A stretch of DNA of 64,000 nt, taken from NCBI GenBank assembly GCA_966252305.1, contig CBINOO010000001.1, positions 17,979-81,978 of the forward strand, written 5' to 3'. Position numbers and translations under genes: made by a program. Below are positions 9,302 through 19,337 of the stretch, one piece after another (position 1 is the first letter of the stretch; each line of letters opens with the position of its first letter). The notes beneath the pieces are model-generated. The model had not been told where the DNA came from. It did no database searches and was given only the letters and a program-made list of their open reading frames with translations. Source of the stretch: an uncultured Acidimicrobiia bacterium (GTDB lineage Bacteria > Acidobacteriota > Vicinamibacteria > Vicinamibacterales > SCN-69-37).

Positions 9302-9517
9302 TCAGTGTGATTGCGTCAGCTGCAGGACGCCGGCTTTGGCCAGCGGCGTGAGGCCGCTGCCGCTGGCGTTGACGTGCGCGATGATTTGCGTCCGCATCCT
9401 GGGATCCCAGAACTGCATCAGGTGTTTCGCGATCTGCGGAACCGCGCGTTCCTCGCCCTGAATGGCAAAAAACGCGGCGATTTGATTCGCCATCATCACG
9501 AGTTTCTCGATGCGCAT
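9302..9517 (-). CDS. fdsD: NAD-dependent formate dehydrogenase delta subunit
   Basis: KLVMMANQIAAFF..HLMQFWDPRMR signature. Confidence 0.92.
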   Translation of the reverse strand: MRIEKLVMMANQIAAFFAIQGEERAVPQIAKHLMQFWDPRMRTQIIAHVNASGSGLTPLAKAGVLQLTQSH

Positions 9518-9518
9518 G

Positions 9519-12392
9519 TCAGCCCTCGACGCCTGCCCGCACGACGGCGCGGCGCGCCTCGGCCATCGCCTCGTACGCCTTCTGATACTCGGTCGGGCCG
9601 GTCGCGGGCATGACCTGCACTGCGGTGACCTTGTATTCGGGACAGTTGGTCGCCCAGTCCGAGTAATCGGTCGTCACCACGTTGGCCTGTGTGAGCGGAT
9701 GGTGGAAGGTCGTGTACACCACGCCGGGCGCGACGCGGTCGGTCACCTGTGCGCGGAGTGCGGTTTCGCCGGCGCGGCTGGAGATCCGGACCCACTGCCC
9801 GTCTTTTACACCGCGCTGCTCGGCATCGTGAGGATTGATTTCGAGCCGATCCTCGTGGTGCCACACCACGTTGGGCGTACGACGCGTCTGGGCGCCGACG
9901 TTGTACTGCGACAGGATGCGTCCGGTCGTGAGCAGCAGCGGGAAACGTGGGCCCGTGCGTTCGTCGGTCGGCACGTACTCGGTCATCACAAAACGGCCTT
10001 TGCCGTTCGCGAATTGCGCGGTGTGCATGACCGGCGACCCTTCGGGATTGGCCTCGTTGCATGGCCACTGCACCGAGCCGAGCGCCTCGAGCTTGTCATA
10101 ACTGACGCCGGCAAAGGTCGGCGTCAGACGCGCAATTTCGTCCATCACCTGGCTGGGATGGGTGTATGTCCACTGCTGGCCGATGGCATTCGCGATGAGC
10201 TGCGTGATCTCCCAATCGGCATATCCATTACGGGGCGCCATCACACGACGCACACGCTGGATGCGCCGCTCCGCATTGGTAAACGTGCCGTCCTTCTCGA
10301 GGAACGTGGACCCCGGCAGAAACACATGCGCGTAGTTTGCGGTCTCGTTGAGGAACAAGTCGTGCACCACGACGCAGTCCATCGCGGAGAGACCGGCAGC
10401 CACGTGATGCGTGTCGGGGTCCGACTGCAGGATGTCTTCACCCTGGATGTACAACGCCTTGAACGTGCCGTCGATGGCAGCGTCCAGCATGTTCGGAATA
10501 CGGAGACCCGGCTCCGGGTTGATCGGACGTCCCCACAATTCTTCAAACATCGTGCGGGTGGCCGTGTCCGAGATATGACGATAACCGGGCAGTTCATGCG
10601 GGAACGAGCCCATGTCACACGAGCCCTGCACGTTGTTCTGACCGCGCAGCGGATTGACACCGACCCCGGGTCGGCCCAGGTTGCCGGTCGCCATCGCGAG
10701 ATTGGCAATAGCCATCACGGCAGTGGATCCCTGACTGTGCTCGGTCACGCCGAGACCGTAATAAATCGCGGCGTTGCCGCCGGTCGCATACAGTCGAGCC
10801 GCAGCTCGGATCTCCGACGGCTCGACGTTCGTGTACTGCGCGGTGGCTTCGGGTGAGCGGCTGGGATCGGCCACGAAGGCCGCCCACTCACTGAACGCCT
10901 CAAGATCACACCGCGACTGCACGAACGCCTCATTGACCAGGCCCTCGGTGACAATCACGTGCGCCATCGCCGTCAGCACCGCGACGTTTGTGCCGGGCGT
11001 CAGCTGCAGATGATGCGCGGCCTCGACGTGCGGCGTGCGCACGAGGTCGATGCGGCGCGGGTCAACGACGATGAGCCTGGCGCCGTCGCGAAGACGCTTC
11101 TTCATGCGACTGGCGAAGACCGGATGGCCGTCTGTCGGGTTGGCGCCAATCACCACGATCACGTCGGAGTCTTCGACCGAGTCGAAGTCCTGCGTGCCGG
11201 CTGACGTGCCAAACGCCGTCTTGAGTCCGTAACCGGTCGGCGAGTGGCAGACACGTGCGCACGTATCAACATTGCTGACCCCGAACCCGGCGCGGATGAG
11301 CTTCTGGACCAGGAACGTTTCTTCGTTCGTGCAGCGCGATGACGTGATGCCGCCGACTGCGTCACGACCGTAGTCCTTCTGCACGCGCAGGAATTCCGAC
11401 GCCACGCGACCAATCGCTTCTTCCCAAGTGGCTTCACGCCACGGATCCGTGATCTTCTCCCGGATGAGCGGCGTCAGCTGTCTTTCGCGATGGGTCGTGT
11501 ATCCCCACGCGAATCGTCCCTTCACACAGGAATGCCCGCGGTTCGCCTTGCCGTCCTTGTACGGCACCATGCGCACGACCGTCTCTCCGCGCATCTCGGC
11601 CTTGAACGCACATCCGACGCCGCAGTAGGCGCACGTGGTGACGACCGAGTGTTCGGGTTGTCCAATCTCGATGACCGATTTTTCCGTCAGCGTCGCCGTC
11701 GGGCACGCCTGCACGCAGGCCCCGCACGACACACACTCGCTCGACATGAAACTCTCGGACATGCCTGCGGCGACTCGACTGTCGAAGCCGCGTCCAGCGA
11801 TCGTCAATGCAAACGTGCCTTGCGTCTCTTCACACGCGCGCACACAGCGATTGCAGACGATGCACTTGGATGGGTCATAGGCGAAATACGGATTGCTTTC
11901 ATCCTTCGGCATCCACTGCGGGTTGGCCTCACCACCACGCGTCGACGCGACGTGATTGGCTCCGTCGTAGCCGTATCGCACCTCGCGCAGGCCGACAGCG
12001 CCGGCCATGTCCTGAAGTTCGCAGTCGCCATTGGCCGCACAGGTCAGGCAGTCGAGCGGATGGTCCGAGATGTAGAGCTCCATCACGCCTCGACGCAGCC
12101 GCTGCAGTCGTTCGGTCTGGGTGCGGACCACCATGCCCGGCGCGACCGGAGTGGTGCACGAGGCGGGCGTGCCGGCGCGGCCATCAATTTCCACGAGGCA
12201 CAACCGGCACGAACCAAACGCCTTCAGGCTGTCGGTGGCGCACAGCTTCGGGATCTGCGTGCCCACCTCAGCGGCGGCGCGCATGACCGATGTGCCCGCA
12301 GGCACGGAGATCGTGTTGCCGTCAATCGTCAGCGTGACGACGTCGGTCGCCGTGGACGCCGGGGTTCCGTAGTCAGTTTCCTTGACCAGCAT
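9519..12392 (-). CDS. fdsA: NAD-dependent formate dehydrogenase alpha subunit (Mo-bisPGD, Cys ligand)
   Basis: N-terminal Fe-S motifs (GSCRLC, HPLDCLTC, CIVCNRC, CVSCGAC), CAYCGVGC, CARVCHSP active site, LRGQNNVQG. Confidence 0.95.
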   Translation of the reverse strand: MLVKETDYGTPASTATDVVTLTIDGNTISVPAGTSVMRAAAEVGTQIPKLCATDSLKAFGSCRLCLVEIDGRAGTPASCTTPVAPGMVVRTQTERLQRLRRGVMELYISDHPLDCLTCAANGDCELQDMAGAVGLREVRYGYDGANHVASTRGGEANPQWMPKDESNPYFAYDPSKCIVCNRCVRACEETQGTFALTIAGRGFDSRVAAGMSESFMSSECVSCGACVQACPTATLTEKSVIEIGQPEHSVVTTCAYCGVGCAFKAEMRGETVVRMVPYKDGKANRGHSCVKGRFAWGYTTHRERQLTPLIREKITDPWREATWEEAIGRVASEFLRVQKDYGRDAVGGITSSRCTNEETFLVQKLIRAGFGVSNVDTCARVCHSPTGYGLKTAFGTSAGTQDFDSVEDSDVIVVIGANPTDGHPVFASRMKKRLRDGARLIVVDPRRIDLVRTPHVEAAHHLQLTPGTNVAVLTAMAHVIVTEGLVNEAFVQSRCDLEAFSEWAAFVADPSRSPEATAQYTNVEPSEIRAAARLYATGGNAAIYYGLGVTEHSQGSTAVMAIANLAMATGNLGRPGVGVNPLRGQNNVQGSCDMGSFPHELPGYRHISDTATRTMFEELWGRPINPEPGLRIPNMLDAAIDGTFKALYIQGEDILQSDPDTHHVAAGLSAMDCVVVHDLFLNETANYAHVFLPGSTFLEKDGTFTNAERRIQRVRRVMAPRNGYADWEITQLIANAIGQQWTYTHPSQVMDEIARLTPTFAGVSYDKLEALGSVQWPCNEANPEGSPVMHTAQFANGKGRFVMTEYVPTDERTGPRFPLLLTTGRILSQYNVGAQTRRTPNVVWHHEDRLEINPHDAEQRGVKDGQWVRISSRAGETALRAQVTDRVAPGVVYTTFHHPLTQANVVTTDYSDWATNCPEYKVTAVQVMPATGPTEYQKAYEAMAEARRAVVRAGVEG

Positions 12393-13923
12393 TGGGCCTC
12401 CGTTGGAAGTCCTCGGGGAAGTGTGTCATCGCGCTCAACACCGGATACGGCGTCAGGCCTCCAAGCGCACATGCGGAGCCAAACGTCATCGTTTCGCACA
12501 GGTCATGCACAAGCGCCAGCTGCGCCTCAGCGTCCTGTCCTGCCATCACCTTGTCGATCGACTCTGCGCCGCGGGTCGACCCGATGCGGCACGGCGTGCA
12601 CTTGCCGCAGCTTTCAATCGCGCAGAACTCGAATGCAAATCGCGCCTGCTTCGCCATGTCGACCGTGTCGTCAAACACGACCATGCCGGCGTGGCCGAGC
12701 ATGCCCTTGCGCGCAGCGTACGCCTCGTAGTCGAGCGGGGTGTCGAAGAGTGACGGCGGGAAGTACGCGCCGAGCGGACCACCAATCTGCACCGCCCGTA
12801 CCGGCCGACCGGTTGCCGATCCGCCCCCGATATCGTTCACGAGTTCGCCGAGGGAAATGCCGAAGGCGGTTTCAAACAGGCCGCCCCGCGCGATGTTGCC
12901 GGCCAGCTGCACGGGCGTCGTGCCGCGTGATCGACCGACCCCGAGGTCCGCATAGGCCTTGGCGCCGTTGGCCAGGATGAACGGGACGGCCGCCAGACTG
13001 AGCACGTTGTTGATCACCGTCGGCCGCCCAAACAGTCCTTCAATCGCGGGCAGCGGCGGCTTCGACCGGACGATGCCTCTGCGGCCTTCGAGGCTCTCGA
13101 GCAGCGCTGTCTCTTCGCCGCACACGTAGGATCCCGCCCCCAGTCGCACCTCGAGGTCGAAGGCGTGTGGGGATCCGGCGACCCGCTCTCCGAGCCATCC
13201 ACCCGCGCGCGCCCGATCAATCGCCTGCGTCAGCGCAACGTGTGCGTGGGGATATTCGGACCGCAGATAGATGTAGCCGCGCGTCGCGCCCACGGCAATC
13301 CCGGCGATCGTCATGCCCTCGATCAGCGTGAATGGATCACCCTCCATCAACATCCGATCGGCAAACGTCCCGCTGTCGCCTTCGTCCGCGTTGCAGACGA
13401 TGTATTTCTGCGGTCCCGGAGCGCCGAGGACGGTCTTCCACTTGATCCCCGTGGGAAAGCCGGCGCCGCCGCGGCCACGAAGGCCCGACGTCGTTACTTC
13501 CTCGACGATGTCGGCCGGCGTCATGGCGAGGGCACGCTCAAGCCCCTGATAGCCGCCGGTCGCACGGTAGTCCTCAAGCGAGACCGGATCGATCACGCCG
13601 CATCGCGCAAAGGTCAGGCGCGTCTGCTTCGCGAAAAACGGCACCTGCTCCACCGGGCCGACGGATTTTTCATGCGCCAGCAACCGCTCCATCGTCTGGC
13701 CATGGAGCAAGCCGGCTTCGATCAACGAAGGCACGTCGGAGGGTTCAAGGGGTCCGAAGCCGTAGCGCGTGCCGTCCAGCTCCACTTCAAGCAGCGGTTC
13801 GAGCCACAACATCCCCCGGCTGCCGGTACGGATGAGAGGGACGCCCGCGCCCAGTGCCGAGGCCACTTCGTCTGCGCCCACCGCCACGGCGGCGGCGTCA
13901 CGCGGGAGAAAAAGGCGCGTCAT
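12373..13923 (-). CDS. fdsB: Formate dehydrogenase beta subunit (NuoF-like, FMN/NADH)
   Basis: GRGGAGFPTG, CNADEGD, YVCGEETALLESLEG, ESCGKCTPC. Confidence 0.95.
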   Translation of the reverse strand: MTRLFLPRDAAAVAVGADEVASALGAGVPLIRTGSRGMLWLEPLLEVELDGTRYGFGPLEPSDVPSLIEAGLLHGQTMERLLAHEKSVGPVEQVPFFAKQTRLTFARCGVIDPVSLEDYRATGGYQGLERALAMTPADIVEEVTTSGLRGRGGAGFPTGIKWKTVLGAPGPQKYIVCNADEGDSGTFADRMLMEGDPFTLIEGMTIAGIAVGATRGYIYLRSEYPHAHVALTQAIDRARAGGWLGERVAGSPHAFDLEVRLGAGSYVCGEETALLESLEGRRGIVRSKPPLPAIEGLFGRPTVINNVLSLAAVPFILANGAKAYADLGVGRSRGTTPVQLAGNIARGGLFETAFGISLGELVNDIGGGSATGRPVRAVQIGGPLGAYFPPSLFDTPLDYEAYAARKGMLGHAGMVVFDDTVDMAKQARFAFEFCAIESCGKCTPCRIGSTRGAESIDKVMAGQDAEAQLALVHDLCETMTFGSACALGGLTPYPVLSAMTHFPEDFQRRPNAGQGN

Positions 13924-14390
13924 GACAGCGTCTCCCCGATGAGCGCGTCCAGTTTCGCCGGCGTCAGGCGGGCGACGACGCGAGAGTCAATCATCGCGGA
14001 CGGCGAGAGCGCGCAGAGACCCAGGCAGTAGACCGGCTCAAGGGTGACCTTGCCGTCCGAGGTGGTGGAGCCACAGGCAATGCCGAGGTGTTGCTCGGCG
14101 CGTGCGACCAGGGCATCGCTGCCCATCGACTGGCAGGCTTCCGCGCGGCACAACCTGATGACATGGGTGCCCGCCGGGGCTGTGCGGAAGTCGTGGTAGA
14201 AGGTCACGACCCCGTGGACTTCAGCCCGGGTCAGGTTGAGTTCCTCCGCAATCAGCACGATCGCGTCTTCAGGAACGTAGCCGACGGCTGCCTGCACGGC
14301 GTGCAGGATCGGCAGCAGCGGACCTTCCAGATGGCGATGGCGCGCGATGATGGCGTGAACCAGATCGGTGGGCGCGGCCGCTGTAGACAT
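13920..14390 (-). CDS. fdsG: Formate dehydrogenase gamma subunit (NuoE-like 2Fe-2S)
   Basis: GPLLPILH, GVVTFYHDF, CRAEAC, CLGLC; start trimmed to ATG 14390. Confidence 0.92.
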   Translation of the reverse strand: MSTAAAPTDLVHAIIARHRHLEGPLLPILHAVQAAVGYVPEDAIVLIAEELNLTRAEVHGVVTFYHDFRTAPAGTHVIRLCRAEACQSMGSDALVARAEQHLGIACGSTTSDGKVTLEPVYCLGLCALSPSAMIDSRVVARLTPAKLDALIGETLS

Positions 14391-14402
14391 TTGTATGGCT
14401 AC

Positions 14403-14467
14403 AGGATGGCCGACCCCGCCCACCCGATCCAATCGATTGTGCCGATGACTGCATCGGCACAATCGAT
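14403..14467 (-). promoter_or_regulatory. fds promoter with two LysR-type operator boxes (ATCG-N7-CGAT x2)
   Basis: Perfect 16-bp inverted repeat 14432-14467 built from two T-N11-A boxes; candidate -35 TTGGAT (14427-14432) and -10 CATCCT (14403-14408). Confidence 0.65.
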
Positions 14468-14481
14468 GATTCAGGGTGGTC

Positions 14482-14838
14482 CTAGAACCAGTAGGGCGTC
14501 ACACCGTAGTGCGAATAGACGTTGGCTCCCCAGGACGGGTCGGTCATGTCCGGCCAGTTGTCCGGGTCAAATCCCGGAGCCTTCTCCAGCGTCTCCTTCG
14601 ACACGTTCAGCAACACGGACTTGTCGGCCGTGTCGACCGTCAGCGAATCCCAGGGGATGGCGAACAGCTTGGAGCCCATGCCGAGCCAGCCACCGAATGA
14701 CAACACGGCGTAGGCGATGCGGCCGGAGTTGAGATCAACCATGAGGTCTTCGATCTTGCCGAGATCTTCGCCGGCCGGATTCTTCACGCGGTCGGAAGAG
14801 ATGGAGCTTGCAGAAAGTACGTGCGGATGTTCCTTCAT
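14482..14838 (-). CDS. PRC-barrel domain protein
   Basis: VKNPAGEDLGKIEDLMVD..GRIAYAVLSFGGWLGMG..KLFAIPW; GGAGG SD. Confidence 0.9.
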   Translation of the reverse strand: MKEHPHVLSASSISSDRVKNPAGEDLGKIEDLMVDLNSGRIAYAVLSFGGWLGMGSKLFAIPWDSLTVDTADKSVLLNVSKETLEKAPGFDPDNWPDMTDPSWGANVYSHYGVTPYWF

Positions 14839-14945
14839 TGATGGCCTCCTTTGCCGTGACGCCCACATCAATGCGACATCCGTGCCACGCCTTGCCGGTT
14901 AACAAGCGGCGCGGCTCTTGCACTACTGATGCGCCGGAGGTCCTG

Positions 14946-15134
14946 ATGAACACACCGAAGAATCCCGCATCTCACGAACCCACGCTGCCCCGCAGCGATC
15001 GCGCGCAGCCTGGCGATGTCGTCGGCATCGAAAACGACGGCAAGACAACGCATCTGGGTGAATCGCGCAAGGATGAAAACGAGCGCCTGCGCGACGCCGA
15101 GAAAGACGCCGCGAAGGAACGTCAGTCGCGCTGA
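14946..15134 (+). CDS. Small hydrophilic hypothetical protein (62 aa)
   Basis: GGAGG SD 5 nt before ATG; charged sequence MNTPKNPASHEPTLPR.. Confidence 0.55.
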   Translation: MNTPKNPASHEPTLPRSDRAQPGDVVGIENDGKTTHLGESRKDENERLRDAEKDAAKERQSR

Positions 15135-16012
15135 CGCGCGCAGTCAAACGCCGCTTGCACGAGCGGTGATACTGGATCGCGGTCAACGGCGATCAATCCC
15201 ACCGCATGTTCGACCACGGGATCGGTCAGCGGGATGGGTTTGACGTCGGAGATGGGTCCCAGCACATCCAGGAAGTACTCCGGGATGACGGTGGCCAGTC
15301 CTGTGAGGCGCACGTTGGCGCACAGGTTGATCACCGAGTTCGTTTCCAGTCGAGGAACCGGCGCGCTGTTGGCGGCGCGAAATGCGCGGTCAATGATGCG
15401 CCGGTTCTGCATGTCCGGCGTCAGCAGGCAGAGTTGCTGGCGGGCGGCATCGGCCCAACTCACCGAGGCGGCGCCGGCCAGTTCATGGTCGGTGCGGACA
15501 AGCAGGCAATATCGCTCCTTGTACACCGTCTCCGCGCGCATGCCTTCAATCGGCTCGTTGTCGAGATACGTCAGCCCGATGTCGATCGTGAAGTCTTCCA
15601 GGTGGCGCAGGATGTCGACCGAACTCTGCGACAGGATCGTCAACTCGATGCCCGGGTGCCGATCCTGAATGGCCTTGGTCATCAGCGCGGCCATGGGCAA
15701 CGCCGATGGCACGACGCCGAGCGACAAGTGTCCGCTCAGCGCTTCACCGGTGCCCTTCATGGATGCGATGTCTGCCTGCAGCGACTCCCACTGGTCGAGG
15801 ATCGCGTGCGCCCACTGCACCACGCGTTCGCCGTGCGGCGTCAGGCCGTGAAAGCGATGCCCACGCGTGACGATGGGAATCCCGAGTTCCTGCTCAAGCT
15901 GTCGGATACGTCCCGACAGCGTGGACTGCGTCACGTGACACGCCTGCGCTGCGCGCGTGAAGTGCCGCTCGCGCGCGAGTGCCACGAGATACTGCAGCTG
16001 TCGGATGTCCAT
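15122..16012 (-). CDS. LysR family transcriptional regulator, probable fds regulator
   Basis: MDIRQLQYLVALARERHFTRAAQACHVTQSTLSGRIRQLEQELG HTH; start trimmed to 16012. Confidence 0.92.
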   Translation of the reverse strand: MDIRQLQYLVALARERHFTRAAQACHVTQSTLSGRIRQLEQELGIPIVTRGHRFHGLTPHGERVVQWAHAILDQWESLQADIASMKGTGEALSGHLSLGVVPSALPMAALMTKAIQDRHPGIELTILSQSSVDILRHLEDFTIDIGLTYLDNEPIEGMRAETVYKERYCLLVRTDHELAGAASVSWADAARQQLCLLTPDMQNRRIIDRAFRAANSAPVPRLETNSVINLCANVRLTGLATVIPEYFLDVLGPISDVKPIPLTDPVVEHAVGLIAVDRDPVSPLVQAAFDCARQRD

Positions 16013-16016
16013 CGAA

Positions 16017-16403
16017 TCAGGCCTGTCGCGTCGCGATCCACCAGGTCGTGCCGCCGGCGTCCTTGACCCCGCCGCGTTTGTCTTCGTCGCCCTTCTGCAC
16101 CGGCTCCTGCACGGATGTCGCGCCGGCTGCGAGCGCCTGGCGATACGTTTCGTCCACATCAGGCACGTAGACGTGCACATGGGACTCGACCGCCGGCCAG
16201 TCTGGCGGCACCGGATCCGCAATCATGATGACGGTGTCGTCGATCCGCACTTCCGCGTGGCGCACCTTTCCGCCGTCATCCGAGAACCGGCGCAGCTCGA
16301 CGCCGCCGAACACACGCGTCAGAAACGCAATCGTCCCTGCCGCTCCGTTGACGATGAGATACGGCGATGCGACGTTGTACCCTTCGGGTCGTGATGTAGT
16401 CAT
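16017..16403 (-). CDS. VOC / PhnB-like glyoxalase family protein
   Basis: PYLIV..HAEVRIDDTVIMIAD..YVPDVD..GGVKDAGGTTWWIAT. Confidence 0.88.
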   Translation of the reverse strand: MTTSRPEGYNVASPYLIVNGAAGTIAFLTRVFGGVELRRFSDDGGKVRHAEVRIDDTVIMIADPVPPDWPAVESHVHVYVPDVDETYRQALAAGATSVQEPVQKGDEDKRGGVKDAGGTTWWIATRQA

Positions 16404-16417
16404 GTTCCTAGTGTCGC

Positions 16418-19309
16418 TCAGCGACGCACGATCTCAACCCGCGCCCGCCCGTCATTGATTGGCACATCCGCGCGCCAGGGATAGTCCCAGTCGCCTGTGG
16501 CCGTGAGCGGCACGACCACGCCATTGTGACGCAGCTCGTATCGACCGCCGGGACTCCACGACAGTAGAACGCCGGTGTCATGCGCCCCTGACGTTCGGCC
16601 CTCGATCTCGAAGGTGATTCGCGAGAGATCCTTGGCGACCTCGATGCGGCGTCCGGCGGTGAAGCCATCGCGTTCGAGTTCGATCTTGATTCGACTCACG
16701 CTGTCGGGAAATGGCAGCCCGCGATCGGGCAGCACCACCGTGAATCGGCGACGCAATCCGTCACGAGGCTCGATTTGCAGCGCGTGTTCTGATTCGTCCA
16801 GCGCGCCGCCGTAGGCAAACCACCCGAACGCCGGATCACGCGTCAGCAGTGTGGTGGCCATGCGCAACGCGCCGCCAAATCCCAGGTCGATCTCTCCATC
16901 GTAGTGCCACGGTCCTCGAGGGACCGTGACGCCACCGGGCACACTCGACCCCATCCACGCCGAACCCACTTTGGTCGACATGAACTGCCATCCCGCCGCA
17001 CCGTCATTCTCCCGACCCTTGGTCCAGTACCCGTAGTTGCTCGCGGGGGTCCCCGTGTTCATGAGCGCCCACGAACTCAGGTACGACGCGTAGCCCAGCT
17101 GCAGCCAGTCGTACGGCACCGGCGCGAAGTTGATCGCGTAGTCCAGAACGCCCCAGCCGCCCATCGCGGCCATGTAACTCACGCCAGGATCGGCGCCCAG
17201 CGTGTAATACGCAGGATTGAGCCAGCCACGCACCGCCAGTCCAGACGCGAGCTGCCGATCCATGAACGCGCGCGAGTCTTCCCGCGCCACGCGTGGATGC
17301 GAATACCACGTCTTCAACTTGACGTCGTACCAGAGGTTCTTATCCGGCGCCATGTCCGTGGTCGCGCCGTACTTGGCGAATGCATACGTGGATTCGAATG
17401 CCGTCCTGTCAAACGCATACTCGGAGCGGAACGGATACTTGTCGTCGTACACGAAGTACTTGGTCTTGATCTCCCACTGCCCCCGCAGCCAGGACGCCTG
17501 CTCGCGGAACCCCTCCTGCTCGAGTGCCTTGATCAGCTCCAGCACCACGAGCTCGTTGTAGAGTCCCCACTTGTACGTCTCGTAGTAGTCCGGATAGATC
17601 TCGTAGGGGTAGATGTAAAACGCGCGGGCCGTTTCCCAGGCGCGATTGAGATAGCCCTCCGCGTCCAGATACGTCGACAGCTCCGGATAGAGCTTCGCGA
17701 TCTGGTACATGTGGAAATACAGCATCACCACGTGCGGATAGTCGTAGGACCGCCACACATGTTCACGTTTCAGATCGCGGATCGCCGTCGCATTGTTGGC
17801 CAGTGACTCCGCGTACGCCTTCCGCCGGCCGGGATCACGGTTGATGAACCAGTGTGGCGTGCCATAGATCCCGTAAGGATACGGACGCTCATCGTCTTTT
17901 CGCTGCAGTCCGCCCCAGACGAAGTGCTCGAGGTAGTACTCCAGCGACTCGATTTCCCGCTTGTCGGGAAACGCCACGTTTTTCGCCGCCAGGTACGGCG
18001 CCTTGGCGAGACCCGGATCGTCTGCCGTCAGCGCGTACACCATCCGATCGATGAAGATGTCGGGGTCATCGATCGTCCGCACGACGCCCTTCGACATGTC
18101 GTAGATGGCGTAGACACCGTTCCACCATTTGGAGGGGTCCTTGACCTGCTGCCGTTCGACCAGAAACGAGGCCCGCTTCTTGATCAGCGTCTCCATGGGC
18201 TCGGTGGCAAAAAACTCGAGGTGTGTCTGTCGGCCGCCGTCATGGACGATGGTCAACATGTTCTCGCCGAGACGGTTGAAGGTCACGTCATAGAGCTGCA
18301 CATCAGACTTCGGTGACTCCAGCCGGCGAATCGTCGTCTGATCGGGGAACTCTGGTCGGATGCGCTCGATGCGCGCCTTGGTCCTGAGGGCGATGCGGGC
18401 GGTCAGGTCGGTGGGCACGGTCATGCCTGGCGCGACCCGCACGTCGAAGTGGCCTGACTGATACAGCAATTCCCGCAACTCGTCATACGACGAGGCCCAT
18501 TGGAAGCGGAAGCCGTACTGCGCGCGGTCGCCTTGTCGGAGGTTCCGCTGTGTATGGGCCTGCCTCCAGGTGCCGCGGGTCTCGGCGGCGCCCGAGCGCG
18601 CCGAATGCACGTATACCTGTGGTCCCGGCTGCGCGCCGCTACCCGAAGTTGCCGTGTACTCCAGCGACGTGCCGGGGAGCGTCGTGACCAGCAGGAACGG
18701 CGGAGCTCCTGACGCGCGTACGAAGTACATGAACGAGCCGTGCCCGGACACAAACTGGTGCTTGAGGAACCCGCGCTCAAAAATGTGATCCGGCGTGGGC
18801 CCGCTGGGTCCCTGAATGGGAATCGTGATGCCCAGGTCCCCAATCGTGACGGCGCCACGACGGGCCGCGACATCAATGGTCCAGTCGAGCACGCGGCCAT
18901 CAGTACGGTAGGTCTCGGTGACCATCAACGGGTCCGCACTGCCGCCGTTCGAGTACGAGACCACGCCCTGCTCAGGTTGCGCGGTCATCACCTTTCCGCG
19001 CGCGGCCAGCGTCCACTCGGAAGATGACGAGGACCGGTACGCGAGCGTCAGGCCGAGGGTGGCGGGCGGGGTCGGGCCACGACCTCCGCGGCCCTGGCCG
19101 GGACCGGTGGTCAGCAGCGCGCCGAACGGATCCTGCCGATGGCCAAGCAACGAGACGCCTCGTTCGTCATATGCGAACGTGAAGTTTCCGCGCGTGATTG
19201 TCGTGGCAGCCGCCTGTTCTGCCCGCAGGGGATTCACAGCGTGGTCCGACACGAGCAACGCCCCGACGGCGACTGACGCCAGGACAACAGACGTAATCCG
19301 GAAATTCAT
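16418..19309 (-). CDS. Large secreted DUF5695-like protein, probable glycoside hydrolase
   Basis: Signal peptide; WRSYDYPHV, PFRSEYAFDRTAFES, LGYASYLSSWAL, YDGEIDLG motifs; start trimmed to 19309. Confidence 0.7.
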   Translation of the reverse strand: MNFRITSVVLASVAVGALLVSDHAVNPLRAEQAAATTITRGNFTFAYDERGVSLLGHRQDPFGALLTTGPGQGRGGRGPTPPATLGLTLAYRSSSSSEWTLAARGKVMTAQPEQGVVSYSNGGSADPLMVTETYRTDGRVLDWTIDVAARRGAVTIGDLGITIPIQGPSGPTPDHIFERGFLKHQFVSGHGSFMYFVRASGAPPFLLVTTLPGTSLEYTATSGSGAQPGPQVYVHSARSGAAETRGTWRQAHTQRNLRQGDRAQYGFRFQWASSYDELRELLYQSGHFDVRVAPGMTVPTDLTARIALRTKARIERIRPEFPDQTTIRRLESPKSDVQLYDVTFNRLGENMLTIVHDGGRQTHLEFFATEPMETLIKKRASFLVERQQVKDPSKWWNGVYAIYDMSKGVVRTIDDPDIFIDRMVYALTADDPGLAKAPYLAAKNVAFPDKREIESLEYYLEHFVWGGLQRKDDERPYPYGIYGTPHWFINRDPGRRKAYAESLANNATAIRDLKREHVWRSYDYPHVVMLYFHMYQIAKLYPELSTYLDAEGYLNRAWETARAFYIYPYEIYPDYYETYKWGLYNELVVLELIKALEQEGFREQASWLRGQWEIKTKYFVYDDKYPFRSEYAFDRTAFESTYAFAKYGATTDMAPDKNLWYDVKLKTWYSHPRVAREDSRAFMDRQLASGLAVRGWLNPAYYTLGADPGVSYMAAMGGWGVLDYAINFAPVPYDWLQLGYASYLSSWALMNTGTPASNYGYWTKGRENDGAAGWQFMSTKVGSAWMGSSVPGGVTVPRGPWHYDGEIDLGFGGALRMATTLLTRDPAFGWFAYGGALDESEHALQIEPRDGLRRRFTVVLPDRGLPFPDSVSRIKIELERDGFTAGRRIEVAKDLSRITFEIEGRTSGAHDTGVLLSWSPGGRYELRHNGVVVPLTATGDWDYPWRADVPINDGRARVEIVRR

Positions 19310-19337
19310 GACTGGAATGGTAGACTCCCCAACCGCG

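Noticed and set aside
9519-12392. Selenocysteine-containing formate dehydrogenase
   Set aside because: Active site is Cys (CARVCH) and there is no in-frame TGA
6572-14031. Long plus-strand ORFs (554, 448, 496, 288 aa)
   Set aside because: High-GC shadows opposite well-supported cco and fds genes
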